The notes under the pieces were generated by a model that searched no databases, had not been told where the DNA came from, and saw nothing but the letters and a program-made list of their open reading frames with translations. The position numbers and the translations under genes were made by a program. A stretch of 57,505 bases of DNA, filler included, from Sphacelaria rigidula (Eukaryota), in the NCBI GenBank assembly GCA_964200075.2. It is 7 parts of 7 records of this genome, joined end to end, with 100 filler letters (N's around TTAATTAATTAA, not from the genome) between each part and the next. Parts side by side here need not be neighbours in the genome. Positions count along the whole stretch, not along the records: positions 1 to 8,130 come from CAXNAA020012191.1; positions 8,231 to 16,360 come from CAXNAA020012192.1; 5 more parts are not named here. One strand, written 5' to 3'. Below, one piece after another: positions 1-12,570 of this stretch. Position 1 is the stretch's first letter; each line of letters starts with the position of its first letter.

Positions 1-189
1 TTTGGGGGGGAAGATGGCTTCGCTCGGTCGCAAGTATTTCGCGTCTTCCCTGCAAAAGAGAAATGCCACTTCAACCTTAATCGTTGTATGAACCCCATTT
101 TCTAAGATCCACTGTTATGCAGTGTTTCATTGGTAACTCCCAACAGGTATGCATCTTGTGGTAAAAGCTTATCGCTGACAAATACCCCC

Positions 190-460
190 GCACTGACCCC
201 CTCTGGTGTTTCTAGGTAAAAAGCCGCCATCCTATAAATTCAGTGATATCGATGACCGCGCTAGCCTCGCCCTCGGTCCTTGACATATACAGTATACGGG
301 CTTCTCTCGGCGGGTCCTCCACTCGGACCACGTTTCAAACTTTTCGTCGTACCCGCTTCTTGTGCTGGCGTTAATTGATGTGTAGGCTAGTAGTTCTGCT
401 AGCTTTGCAACGCCCTTCTCGTCTCTGGCGGGGCCTCCCTTTCGTCCTGCAATGGCATCA
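190..460 (-). pseudogene. N-terminal part of a tyrosine recombinase ORF (remnant)
   Basis: Manual minus-strand translation LAELLAYTSINASTRSGYDEKFETWSEWRTRREKP...EFIGWRLF resembles the STRxxYxxxW core-binding start of DIRS-order YRs and lies directly after RNase H. Catalytic RHRY residues not seen. Confidence 0.5.
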
Positions 461-589
461 CGAGTTCAGCGCGGGTTCACTCTGCTTGTCGGGACATTAT
501 GTTTCAGATCTGTTCGTTTAGGCTGTGGTCCAGGTTTTTTTTTTGCGGAATCGATTTGAGTATCTCTCTGCCTCGATTTCCTAGCTCTA

Positions 590-1260
590 GTCGCTTCCAA
601 TTTAGGTTTCCTGACAACTGTGCTACCCTCTCGGCCACCTCCGACTCCGGTCATCTCGAGATGCCGTCTGCTAGCTCGTTTTCGACGCCAGGTATGTGTT
701 TCGCTGTAGTACACTACCCGGTGGCGACTTCCATGCGACCCATCATTCGCATCAGGAGGGCGGCGCGTCTGTTTTTTGATCCCCCGCAATTATTTACCTA
801 GTGTACAGCCGACGAGTTGTCGCCGCGCATCAGGATTGGGTCCCCTCTCTGTGGGCCTTTCGCCGTAAAACATCTCGATAGCGCAGGCGGTCATGAGCAT
901 TCCACACAGTTCTAGTAGATTGATGGTGATGGCGCAGGTTTCTCTATTTTCTGCTGTTCTCTCCAGTTTGCATGTGAGCTAATATGGTAAAGAATACCGT
1001 CAGAATAACCCGAGCTCTGGACAGTACCCGCCTACCGCTGCCAGGCTCGCGTCGGAGATGTATCTACGAGATGCGGTGCGTTTGGTGTGGGCAAAGAAAG
1101 GGGCGCTAAGCGATTCACCGCGTTGCACCAGGTTCTCCACAATAGCCCATTTCCAAAAGGCAATATCCTCGTGAAACACCCAGCCAAGGTTCACTGTTCG
1201 TCTCACCTTACGTTTTTTTTTGCGGCTACGTGTAGGTCGGTGAGGCGTAGTAGTTGCCAT
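590..1260 (-). pseudogene. DIRS-type RNase H domain (disrupted)
   Basis: ORF 1000-1260 contains RYISDASLAAVGGY. Manual continuation gives INLLELCGM, LMRGDNSSAVH and KHIPGVENELADGISR, with in-frame stops. Confidence 0.85.
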
Positions 1261-2561
1261 ACGAAGTATTTTCCGGGTCTTACAAAAAACGTGAGGTTCC
1301 AGAATTTTCCAGCTATGCTCAGTATGTCTTGCGCGGTCGCACGTGTCTTACCCGCGGGCCAGTCGCGCTTCAGCGATTCTTTGATAGCTTTGACCTTTTC
1401 TCGAGTGACCGCTATCCTCGGTGTGTGTGTTGATCGTGAGAATCCCAACGCATCTACACTGGTGTCCCACTTTGTACCTTTTTTAGGTGCGAGGGTGGGT
1501 ATCTCGCCTGGCTCTCCGTGACCGAACAGTCTGATGTGATCTGAGGCTAGCAAAGCTGACGTGGCTAGCGCCGATTTATCTTGCTGGACGTGCTGTACCC
1601 TTGCTAGGATATAGTCATCCACATACACGCTAACGAAAAAGGGGTCGTGGAATCCCCCCCCGTTTGCTGGGCGAATAGCAGCGTCGGGCAGGACCCTTGT
1701 AGGCGTCCCTTCTTCCGAGGGCTCGACTTTTGCCACGTGTTTCATCATCTCTCTACCTTCGTCGAGTACTACGGCGTAGAGTATTGCGGTATTGCAGTGT
1801 GCGTGTTCAATGTCCTGTGATAAGAGTCCCTAGTAGCCGGGGGACCCCGTCCATTCAAACCTGAGCCGAAAGTTTGCTACTATAACGTCGTCTACCATGT
1901 AGCAGCAGTTTTGCGCCTGCTCGGGCGCGATCCTGACATTTCTGAATGCATTCGAGACGTCCGCCTTTGAGAGTAGGATTCTGCTATCCGGAAACTTGAC
2001 ACGTAACTTCAGGAGTTCATTCAGTAGTGTTGGGAGTGCCTCTCCGCAGAGGCATTGCGGCACCTCGTCCACAATCGTGTCCCGGTTGAGACCGCCTTTT
2101 TCTCCCTTTGGTACGCTGGGGTCAAACGAAAAATCGTTGATAATCCTGACCTTGCTAGTTACTACTGCCCCGAGCGGGGCCACTATGAGGCCGCTGATTT
2201 CGAGCGCCGCCCCCTTTTCAAACACCAGGCATCTGTTCCTCCGTACATCCTCTACGAACTTCTCCCAGGTTTGAGGCATATGTTCGTCAATACTGCGGTA
2301 ATTACCGTATTTCAGCGCTCCTCAAGGATCGGGATCGCGAGACAATGTGTTCATCGGGACTCCGTACTCAATCATGTGCAGGAGTTCTCGTATCTGAGGG
2401 AAGTGCTTTTGGCTTCCGAAATACTCGTGGATGCCTCTCAGGTTCATCGGCGGTGACACCAAAGTGCCGCCGAGACCCTTTGCTACGTCCCCGATTCTTC
2501 CGTGGTTGAGTCGGACGAGACTCGTGCAGGTGGCGGCTAGGTCTGTGATGATGCGTTTCAT
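1203..2561 (-). pseudogene. Reverse transcriptase domain (disrupted)
   Basis: ORFs 2322-2561, 1830-2279 and 1203-1748 carry PLGAVVTSKVRIINDFS, KADVSNAFRNVRI, FEWTGSPGY, FVSVYVDDYILA and DALGF. Confidence 0.9.
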
Positions 2562-2859
2562 TTCTGTTAGATCTATGTGTGTATTCGGTAGTTCTTGGTG
2601 TTGCTGTTTTCACCGGGTATTGAGGTATTTGCTTGGGTGGTCTGTGCGTCCGGTTGGGCTTCGGTGGCGTGTGGTCTCAACTGGAGGTGAGTTTCTGACC
2701 GACCCGAAATTTCGCCTACCGATGATCTCATTACTATCGGTGTTTTTTTTCTCTGCGAGCTTCTCACTCGTCAACGTGTGCGAGCCGTTGTCTTGGGCTA
2801 CCTGTGTGTAACTATTGGTCAACGGTTTTGTTTTAGTGCACCAGGTGCTGTTTTGAACT

Positions 2860-3502
2860 CGTGTACGCTTTGCGCTCGTCAACATGGACGTGCCGTTGTC
2901 CAAGGCTCCCTCGGAACTGACAGACAACGGGTCTTCCTCTACACCTCCCTGACTTTTTGCTCCCCTTATGTCGCTGATTATCGAGTTTGCACGCTTTGCG
3001 CTCGTCAACATGGACGTGCCGTTGTTCAGGGTTCTTTCGGAACTGCCGAACGCCGGGTCTTCTCCTGCAAAGGGTGTGATTCGAATCTCACGGGGAGCAT
3101 GAGTTCTGTTATTGTCTGATCTACCAACGTTCAGGGTTACCTGTGGGTAACTGCCGACCGCCGGGTCTTCATCCGAGCGATGATGTTTGGTTCGAACTCT
3201 TGCATGCTTTGCGCTCGTCAACATGGACGTGCCGTTGTCCAGGGTTCTCTCGGAACTGACAGACAACGGGTCTTCTTTTGCACCTCTATCTTCTTTTGCT
3301 CCTCTTATGTCACCGGTTATCGAGTTTGCACGCTTTGTGCTCGTCAACATGGACGTGCCGTTGTTCAGGGTTCCCTCGGAACTGCCGAACGCCGAGTCTT
3401 CTTCTGCATTGGGTGTGATTCGAATCTCACGGGGAGCATGAGTTCTGTTATTGTCTGATCTACCGACGTTCAGGGTTACCTGTGCGTAACTACCGACCGC
3501 CG
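2860..3502. repeat. Compound tandem repeat (126-bp + 213-bp subunits, 339-bp period) inside the retroelement
   Basis: Core GCTTTG(C/T)GCTCGTCAACATGGACGTGCCGTTG starts at 2867, 2993, 3206 and 3332; it translates on the minus strand as repeated TLDNGTSMLTSAKR. Confidence 0.92.
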
Positions 3503-4071
3503 GATCTGCTTCTACACGTCTCCTGTCTGTGGGGATGTGCGAAGTGGTTTTTGGCGTGGTGTCTTCGTGTACTACTGTTGTTTTCGTTAGTCATGGACGG
3601 GTAGATTACCTGGTCTTGTGGCTGACTTACCTGTGCACGCTCGTGCGTTCCGTTTTACCTCGGAGTCGACCGGTTACTGTGGACGTGCGGGCCATTGTTC
3701 GCGTGTTTGTTGTTTTTCGTGTCATTGCGCGTGACGGTGATCTCATCGGATATTTCATGCGTGTGAGCTCTACCGTCCAATCTAGTGTACCCTGCCGGCC
3801 TTTAGTTGTTACAGCACGTCTTGGTGGGGTTGGTCATCCACTCTTTTGTCGGCCGTGGGTAAAACGGAATGAGACTACGCGATCTACCTCTGTGAAGTGC
3901 TTTAGGGTTGCTACATGCGTCGGTACTTCTGCTCTTACCGTGAAAGAAGCTTGCCGCCACCAACCCCGGTTGGGGGGCCTGGGCGATACCCACCGACCTC
4001 GCTGAGTCCGTGACCGGTGCTCCTCCTCCCCCCAGACTTGTAGGCCCCGCCGACTGGCGGAGCCCGCATCC

Positions 4072-6046
4072 TCAGGTGCCCCGCCCAGCTCCGCCATTTT
4101 CGCCGAAGTTATGGGGAAACCGCGCCACTGTACTCGCTGCGGCCGCCGGTGCAGCTGGGGCTGTTGGAGTTATCTTGAACACCGCTGGCCGCTGGAAGGG
4201 AGGGCCTCCGACGGCTTCATGCTTGCTGGTGTGGTGCGGGAGGCGGCAACTGCGTTCCCGTGGAAACGTGAGGCCCTGCCATGCTCGTAAGCAGACGCCC
4301 GCCGGCGGGGCCCATGACGTCAGTTCCGTGGTGAAATCGGTGTTCGTTGGCGTGAGGTGTAGCCACTGGGGCGGGTACGACGGAGGGTGGGGGGCGACGC
4401 GTTTTACCGCATTACTCGTGCCCCCCTCGGGGAGCACCTTCCGCTTGACGGCTGTCTTGGGGGCGGGCTGCGCGGTTGAGCCTGCTACCGTGAGCCCGGG
4501 GTTTTGGCGTCCAATGAGGCTGCTGGGGTGGTCGTCAGCGGTGAGCGTCTTCACGCGGGTGAACGCTGGTACCGGCGTCGCGGGACCCTGCCCGTTGGCG
4601 GGTGAGGCGGCGGGAGACTCCATGCGCAGATTCAGCCCAGCTTCCCTGAAGTCTGTCAGCCACCCGTTGATGTCGTGATTGAAGTCGGTAATTATGCGGG
4701 TTTTTACGGCCGCCTCGTCTCTGTGTAGAGCGGGGGAAGTTTTTCCCGGTGTACGCGTCCAGCGCCGACGCCATCCTCGTCAGCTTTCCTGTGATGAAAG
4801 CTATCCTATCCCGCCCGCCGTCGTTGCCGTTGGTGCCGAAGCTGATGATGATGGCCAGCGCCTTGATGAATGTGGTGACGTGAACCTCGGCGCGAAAGTA
4901 GTTTTTTTGTATGCAAGGTGGCACCGGGGAGTGGATGTTGGCGACGTCTACGTCGGTCAACGTCTGAGGGGTGATGAGCATGCCCCGGTTGGTGTCTGCT
5001 ACGTTGCGGAGTTTGAGCTTCAGGTTTGTATCGAACATGGGAATGGAAATGAAGACCCCGCCCCTGAGAATGCGGAAGAGTGCCTTGTTTTCGTCCGAGA
5101 GCCAGCTATTGATTTCCCGCTTCTCCTGCATTTCTTCGGCCTTGTTTGTACTGGCGGGGGCGGTGTTGGCCGCTCCCATTGCATGAATGAGTTGTTGGAT
5201 CTGTCCCCCTCCCCCACCATTGAGAAGCTGGAGGAGTTGGTGGACCTGGGATTGCGGCTGTGCTTGATAGTGTTGCTGTGGTTGATGTTGATGGAGTTGT
5301 TGTACATGGTGCTGGTCCGGCTGCGGTTGCTGATGGTGCTGCTGCGGCTGCTGCGGCTGCGGCTGTTGGTGTTGGTGTTGGTGCTGCTCGTGCTGCTGAG
5401 GTTGATGATATTGCTGCTGCTGTTGCGGTTGTTGGTGTTAGTGATGCGGTAGCGGCCCTCCGATGGGTGGCGGCAGTGGGACGTTGGGTGCGAGCAGGGG
5501 GAGCCCGTTTACTTTCCCCCCGCTATGTGCTGTTGCTGTGCGGCGCTCGCCGGCTGCCGGCCGGCCCCGCCTTACGCGACCCCGCCTTGCGGTTGTGGTT
5601 GTTCGTACTGGAGGAGATGTACCTGCTGTTCAACGGTCGAAATTGGTTGGCTCTGCTTCTGCTGTCTGTGCAGGCTTTGCTGTTCTATGTTGATGTTCGT
5701 TTTTACCTGTGCCTGCAGGATTTGAGCTAGAATGTCTGACGGCGGGCTTGGGCCAGGTAGGGGTCCGAGTGGGGGTGGTGGGGGTGCTTGTGCGTCAGTG
5801 TTTCACTGGCCTGCACTACTCTACGGGCCGGCGTGCTGGATGGCGGAGGTCGGGTTGCTGTGCGCGCCTCCGCATTGTGGTGCCGGGGCTCGGCCTGGTT
5901 CCGCTCCTGCGGCCCTTCCCCCTTTTGCTCTTGCCGTTGCTCGAGCTCCTGATGTGCCCCTGTGCTGGTGTTGACCTTGGCTCTGCGAAGCTGCTCCTGC
6001 TCCTGCTGCTGTTGCTGTTCCCGATGCTGGTGTGTGGCCCACTGTA
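4072..6046 (-). pseudogene. gag-like ORF1 of the YR retrotransposon (frameshifted)
   Basis: Gln/Pro-rich region (~5230-5450), ORF 4535-5179, and ORF 4072-4623 with VCLRAWQGLTFPRERSCRLPH, a degenerate CCCH-like finger. Located upstream of RT. Confidence 0.55.
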
Positions 6047-6975
6047 AAAATCGATCAAGTGCCAGGGACTACTGTACTACTGAGACTGCTGGCGTGTCGC
6101 TGTCTGGTCAACTGGTCTCGAGTGAAACTTTCTGCTTCTTTGGTGCTCTTGCACTAGACCAGTCTCGCCCGCTTGAACCAACTCTGCGGCGCTTGCGCCT
6201 TGGCCACGCGATCCCTTATATCTTATTTCCAGTTCGGCATACACCAGACTACATCCCTTATAATTCGTCATCCGCCAACACAAACCTCGTACTCTTACTG
6301 AATACACCCAGCCTGCGCCTAAGTTGCAATGAAACAAAGGCGACACCGACGGCACATTCACCTCACTTATGCCCCCGTCTATCGCCCGTATTTTCAGGCA
6401 GTCACCGTCAGACCCTGTGGAGATGTGTTCACCTACTCCTCTGTACTCCGTGTAATCATGATATTTTCAGCTCATAACAAGGGTAAACTCATGTCACGCA
6501 CGCTACTGTGCTCTGTCGTACGCGTTTACACGGCACCATACTGCGGTTTGATCATTTCATAATGGCGACGAGGATGTCATGTACCCCGCCGTTATACATA
6601 CTCCTGGTGCAGCGTAGGCGGGGGCCCTTACTTTGGCATATCCGATACAGGCTGTCACCTTCTAGGCTGTGATCTTACGGCATATCTCATCCTGCGCTCT
6701 GTGCTGTACGTTTCCACGACACTACCTCTATACTGCGGGTTGGTCATGTCTGAACGTTGCACAGCCGTACTTTGTGCTGCAAGAGGTGTAGTACTCCGGC
6801 TAGCGCTACCTCGTTTGGACCGTCTGTCCTAGTGGGCGGCGTTGGGGTTTCATGCAATGATATTGCATACCTTCTGTCTCCTGGTGGTATCGAAGACCGT
6901 AGCATCGTTATTCAGTTATACTGGATTGTAGCGAAGAGTATTTACTGACTGTACACAGGTGGACATTTGGCTCCG

Positions 6976-7460
6976 TCTGCAGGGTCGGAGGGCCAATACC
7001 CTGTCAAGCGTACGTTGTGATGATCTTGTCAATGCTACCACCAAACAAGGTATTCTAAATTTTCGGACCCTGCACAGGGTCACACCTTGTACAGGGAGTC
7101 GGATGTTACGGGCCTTGTGCAAGGACGGCCCCTGCACAGGGTCGGAGGATCAATACCTTGTCAAGGGTTACGTTTGTGATGACCTTGTCATGTGCTACCA
7201 CCAACCAAGGTATCCAAATATGTCGGACCCTGCACAGGGTCATACCTTGTACAGGGAGTCGGATTTTTCGGGCCTTGTGCAAGGACGGCCCCTGCACAGG
7301 GTCGGAGGGTCAATACCCTGTCAAGGGTTGCTTTTGTGATGACTTTGTCAACTGCTACCACCAACTAAGGTATCAAAATATGTCGGACCGTGCACACCGT
7401 CACACCTTGTACGGGGAGTCGGATGTTACGGGCCTTGTGCAAGGATGGTCCCTGCACAGG
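6976..7460. repeat. Tandem repeat, ~160-bp unit, about 3 copies
   Basis: TCGGACC(C/G)TGCACA...ACCTTGTAC...GAGTCGGAT...GGGCCTTGTGCAAGGA recurs at 7063, 7223 and 7383. Confidence 0.92.
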
Positions 7461-8130
7461 ATCAGACCTTTTGCAGGGGGGACATACTTCATTCACCCTG
7501 TGTAAGGATGCACCCTTTTCGGGTATGAGGAATAATACCTTGCCTAGGTTGCGTTTTTCATAAGACCACGATAGACCTTGTCATCTACCAAGGTGTCCGA
7601 AAATGCGCACCGTGGACAATGTCGAACGTTGTGCTGGGTGGAAAATCCACAGGACAAGTCCTGATAAAGAATGGACCCAGTTGTGGATATCCGAAACTCG
7701 GCCCACATGCACGGTCGAGTCCTGTCCTCCGTAACAACCACGGATGCCATTCACAATGCTAGAGCATGCACAGCCCCTGTTTAACGGGCCATGAGCAACG
7801 TCAGACCCGGATATGGTAACCGCTGCTGAGACGTGCCGCACCATGCAATACGGTTGGGCTGTAGCTGTGTTCTTTCATGTGTTCATATCTTATCATCTCC
7901 GAATTCACATATATGTATATACCTATATTTTTCAACTACGTGAAAATATATATATTCATCGCCGTGATTTGTCTGTTTAACCATGACTCCCTCCCCCTCC
8001 TCCCCCCCCCAAAATGCCGCGGCATTATTCTTTTCTCATCACTCTCGTAACGTTTGTCTGCTTACACGTACAAAACCGCCCAGCTCAAACACAAGATAGT
8101 GATGGCGCCACACAGGGCTACGAGAACGCT

Positions 8131-8230
8131 NNNNNNNNNNNNNNNNNNNNNNNNNNNNNNNNNNNNNNNNNNNNTTAATTAATTAANNNNNNNNNNNNNN
8201 NNNNNNNNNNNNNNNNNNNNNNNNNNNNNN
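8131..8230. other. Artificial contig-joining spacer (N run containing TTAATTAATTAA); also at 16361-16460, 24591-24690, 32820-32919, 41049-41148, 49278-49377
   Basis: Six 100-bp spacers of the same form separate contigs of 8130 to 8128 bp in decreasing size order. Confidence 0.97.
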
Positions 8231-8345
8231 AGTCGCTCTCCGCTGTTGAGCATGGTGCAGATTCCAGATCGCTCCGGGAATCGAACCCCACAACTCACCA
8301 CCAGAAGGTTACGAGGTTACCAACTGAGCCACCGGGGCGACCGGC
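8231..8345 (-). mobile_element. tRNA-derived SINE-like head, truncated by contig end
   Basis: Reverse complement reads GCCCCGGTGGCTCAGTTGGTA (A box)...GGTTCGATTCCC (B box), but there is no clean acceptor stem. Confidence 0.6.
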
Positions 8346-8461
8346 CCAAGCCAAGTGAAACATCTAATAGTAACGGTGCATGTGCAATCTTGTACGGAAT
8401 GGCTGAATTACCATGAGCTCTTTTCCCCGAGGCGTTCAGCTGTCAACACGTTCATCCATCC

Positions 8462-11400
8462 GTGATGCTATTTCCTCCCCCGGTGAATATCAACAGAGTG
8501 GAAGTGATCAAAGGCGGTGGTACTCAGCAAGCCAAAGACGCCGTTCAACAGCAACACTTCCTGCGTACGCGGCAGCTCGACGCCCGTCGCCGGCAGGACG
8601 GACCCTCGGGCCTGAATATCGCATCGGATGAATCGATAGGCGCGGTGACCACCAATTCATCGACGACAAACTTGCGCTCCAAATCCCGCCGCGTCTCTGA
8701 ACACACGATGACCGTGAGGCGCCTTCAGCGCTTTTACGCCGGGAAAGAGAGCGGAGGTGAACAAGGCCACGGTCAAAAACCGCGGGAACCCGAGTCGGGT
8801 AACGTGGGCCGAGCGGTTCCGATCGCGACGTCCCCGGCGTCGGGTGCGCTGGTCGGCACAGCTGCGCAATCGATTGCCACGCCCGCGGCGGAGATGGGAC
8901 GCTCAGGGCCGACAGCATCGTCGGCGGGTGCGGCAGGAAAGATTGTGTCGGCGATTGCCGCCGTTGGTGGCGGCAGTGGCGGTAGCGGCGGCGACGCGTG
9001 GACAGCAACCGAGGGGTCTGCCGGCGGCCCTTCTAACGGTCAAGGCAAGGTTCATGCCAGCGGTCAGTCGGCGGCTGCAAATCAGCCAAGGACTTCCTCA
9101 CCTTCAAAGGGTAGGAGGAACAAAGTCAGCATGCCACCGGAAAATGTGCCCCGTCTGTTGCTGCGTGCTATGGTTGGGTACGACTGGGTTGATGAATTCA
9201 ACGGGCAGGAAGTGAGGGTGCGGGGGGCGTTCACCGAGCGTGATGTGGGGGTACTCGAGGTGTGTATCTATTGCCCCTGGGCCACGGGGGACTCATGTGC
9301 AGATCCCTCAGGTGCAGTAGTCTAAAACCTACAAAGTCGACCAAAACACTCGAGGGAGGCAGGGAGGCTACGCATATCACTGAATTACTATCCACTTCTT
9401 GATATCTATTGCCTTCGCTCTTTTCATGACTGAGCTGGAGACAAACACGATTCTACACAATACACATCACCTATAATAGTATCACTAGACGCACGAGCGT
9501 GAGGATAAGCAACCTTTGATTATTTAGGTTGTTCGTGAGTAGCGGAGAACTACACGCATGTTGGCGTATCGCGAGTTTCCTTGACCGCGTTTTGGGAGGC
9601 CAGAATGGAAAATGACGTTACGTTTAGCTCAATTAGTGCTATTGCTGCGGCTTCTTGCACGACTTGCCTCTCCGCGTTCGTGTGTTGTGGTGGATATTAC
9701 TGGGTCGGCAGCTTCACAGGTTTCCTGCAGCTGTATACCAGCAGGGATTCCGTTAGTCGCTTCCTACAGCCATGGTCTCGAACTACATGTCGGGTGAAAA
9801 TCATACCCTGTTGAGAGGAAGTGGGACTGATTCACCTCAGTGATGGACGCTAAGTATGTAGCTGTCCTTTAGGCCGCAGGTCTGTGAGCGCTCTACGAAA
9901 AAAGCCTTTCGAAGCCGGCTACAGGATATAATGTTCAACTGGGCAAATCGTTCAAGGCGATCATTCACGATCAGCACAGTGGATTCACGTTTGGGGCTTC
10001 AAATCTCGGCCTTGTTTCGTTTGCATGGTCCTGCAGGAAATCTTCTTTCGATGCGCACTAGGCGATGACGTTGATGCGAGGGTGGATGCAACGGTATCAG
10101 ACCCCTCAATGCGCCTTGATCCAGGAGAGCTTTGTGGAGATCTCAGGCGCTTGGAACTGCAGGTGCGTACAACCAGAACTTCGGGGCGCGGGGCGGGAGC
10201 GTACGAGGAGGCGTATGCGCTGTTGCGTGTACGATGTTCGTCATACTCTAGATGGTTTCTCAAGCCTGTCTGGATGCATCTCATATCATTTTCGGTTCAT
10301 TGCCGATTGTACGATCCGTAATCGACATGATGCTCGACACAGGTGTCTACTGCCAACTAGCCTCGACGATTTAACGCAATATTTGAAAACGTTTGCGATT
10401 GGCATTCGCTGACGCATAGCTTCCACGAGTGGGACATGACTTCTTTTGCAATTTTGTCCCGACGGTTCATCCCACGACAGGTGCAAACGAATACAGGGAG
10501 TAAGAACAAGTCGCCGATGCTTCTCGCCGTCCGAGAGAGCCCCTTGCTCTTTCAGGTATACGTCTCTTTCTTGGGTGGGTCGTCAGCTTCGTCGAAACGT
10601 CGTTATATCGCTACTGTCAGCTTGGCTCTTGCGCATGAAACTGATAGAATATAACTTGTCGTGCCGCTGGCGCTGTTTTCCCGTAGCAGATCTTCCTTGT
10701 TTTATTGCAGCGGCGGAAACAGCCCCAGGTCCAAACGACGATGCATCACCAGTTGACTTTATTCGGCAATTCGCATAAACTGTAAGTAGGCATCCCGCCC
10801 CAGATCATGCACCACCTCAATACAGCTCCGTGTTCAGTAACACGAGCCTCTCCATCTCCACCCTCCGCACAACTCTCAGCTACTCTCCTCAGGAGTCGTG
10901 GAAGCGCTTCCAGAGGCACTGGCACGTGCGGAAGCTCACCTTCCTCCGGAGCAGCGCCCCCTATCCCTAGGCTGGACTCGATTTTTGGGGGTCATGGGCC
11001 TCTGTCTAGATGCGGCCATCAAGGCTCCTGGGATCATCGCCGCGTCCGCCGTGGCTCGTCTGTTCGAGGAAATCCACGACGACAAGTTGGATTTCTTGAC
11101 GCGCAAAATATCCCGCCTCCCACCAGCCCGCAGGCTACTGCACCCTACCGGGGGCGGATCTGTAGAAGTTGTAGGCGCGGCTGCAGATTTGATCGGAATG
11201 AGTGCAGCAAACGGCGGAGGGCCAGGAGAAACCTGTACCGAGAGCAGCATGTCGCAGAACAGAGCGCGGTCTGCCCCGGCCGGAGTGAGTAGTCAAGGGA
11301 TGTGCACCGGTGGAGGGAGCTCAGCGGCAACCCTTACAGAAGAGGGACTATCCGTGGAAACTGGCGACGACGTAAATGACATGAGCACGGCAGGGGGCGG

Positions 11401-11656
11401 GGGCGTGACGAGGGCACGAGAGCTAGGCGGGGGAGGCAAAGGCGATGGCGCTGTCTGTGAGCGAGAGCGGCGAGGTCGAGGCGGCAGCAGCTCGGCACTC
11501 AAGTCTCTGTTGCGACCTCAAGCTAGGCACGAGGTGGCTCGAGGGTACGGAGAGGCAATGTCTCGGCGGCGGGAGCGACAGCGGCAGGCGTTGCAACGAG
11601 CACCTGAGCCGGACTTGGAGCCTACGCGTGCTTACAAGTCATGCGGGCTGTGCCAA
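8462..11656 (+). CDS. Uncharacterised protein, partial spliced gene (exons ~8462-9259, 10037-10162, 10880-11656)
   Basis: GT donors at 9260, 10163 and 11657; AG acceptors before 10037 and 10880; all phase 0 and frame-consistent. Low-complexity G/S/A-rich protein ending in KSCGLCQ. Start and downstream exons not resolved. Confidence 0.7.
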
Positions 11657-12570
11657 GTGAGTTTTTTTCCACCTGTAACCGTGCAAACGTTTGGAGGAGG
11701 TGTGAGCACGGGGGCGTTCTGGTCCACCGTGCTGTGCTGTTCGCCTCGTGAAGTCGCGGTGCGTCGTGCAAAAGAACGGTACCAAAAGCATTCTGACCTG
11801 TGGGTGCCGGAATTGGCACCTTTCCGGGTTAATATCCGAGTATCACAATTCTGCTTCAAGTCGTACGTGCTATGTGCTGCAAATCAATACGCGCGGGTGC
11901 AGCTAATCGGGACAGACGGCTAAGAGCTATTTTTTATTTGCGTAGCTCGCGTGCGATGTACTTCTCTCTCCGTTTTCACATTTTGTTCGCAACCTACGCA
12001 CGTCATGCACATACAATCTGTAGTCATGCATTATATCATTTGCAAAGCTGACTCGCCTTATAAGAGACTCGGTGCAAGCTACATTGCTGGCAGGAATTCA
12101 TGCCTTTGTACCGTAGTAGGGGCGGTGCAGTCACGATACCGCCCGCCGAATGCTACGTAGGTGCTTCGCTATAAGTGATGAATTCTGCCAAGTCTTTTTG
12201 CGGGTTGATGGTCATGGCTATAGATTTGGTTTCAAAACTTCTCAGACCACATGTTGGGAAAATACAAAATGACATGCTAGATGTTTAGTGTCACTTTCGT
12301 TGATATATATATATAGAGAGATTGCTATGCTTTGCATCGCGCTTCCAATTTTCTTTTCCTCTTTCTTTTGTTCCGATGGAAACGGAGTATAATGAGAAAT
12401 CATGCGCCGTTCTAATCTAGCAAGCTAGGGTGAGAAACAAGTGATACCGATACAGTCACACATTCGTGTTTTTTCGGGGCTGGGTGTGTAGGTGTTGTGT
12501 TGCGCTGTTGCGTGATGTCTGCATCATTACACAGACCTTGGACCTGCTTGGACTCACGACCACTTCCAGG

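Larger units (their letters stand above)
190..6050 (-). mobile_element. Degenerate tyrosine-recombinase retrotransposon (DIRS order, Ngaro-like); boundaries approximate
   Basis: Minus-strand order: gag-like ORF with Gln-rich start and CCCH-like finger, then RT (KVRIINDFS, LLSKADVSNAFRNV, VYVDD), then DIRS-type RNase H (ISDAS, INLLEL, DNSSAV, HIPGVENELADGISR), then the start of a YR-like ORF. Multiple stops and frameshifts; terminal repeats not identified. Confidence 0.85.

Noticed and set aside
4010..6047. Plus-strand ORFs (4010-4678, 4679-5452, 5260-5730, 5709-6047) as genes
   Set aside because: They are antisense shadows of the GC-rich, CAG-rich gag region; the poly-Leu/Ala tracts come from trinucleotide repeats.
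8175..8186. TTAATTAATTAA as a biological periodic motif
   Set aside because: It is always embedded in 100-bp N spacers and is an assembly linker.
8260..8345. Functional tRNA gene
   Set aside because: No convincing acceptor or anticodon stems; treated as a SINE head.
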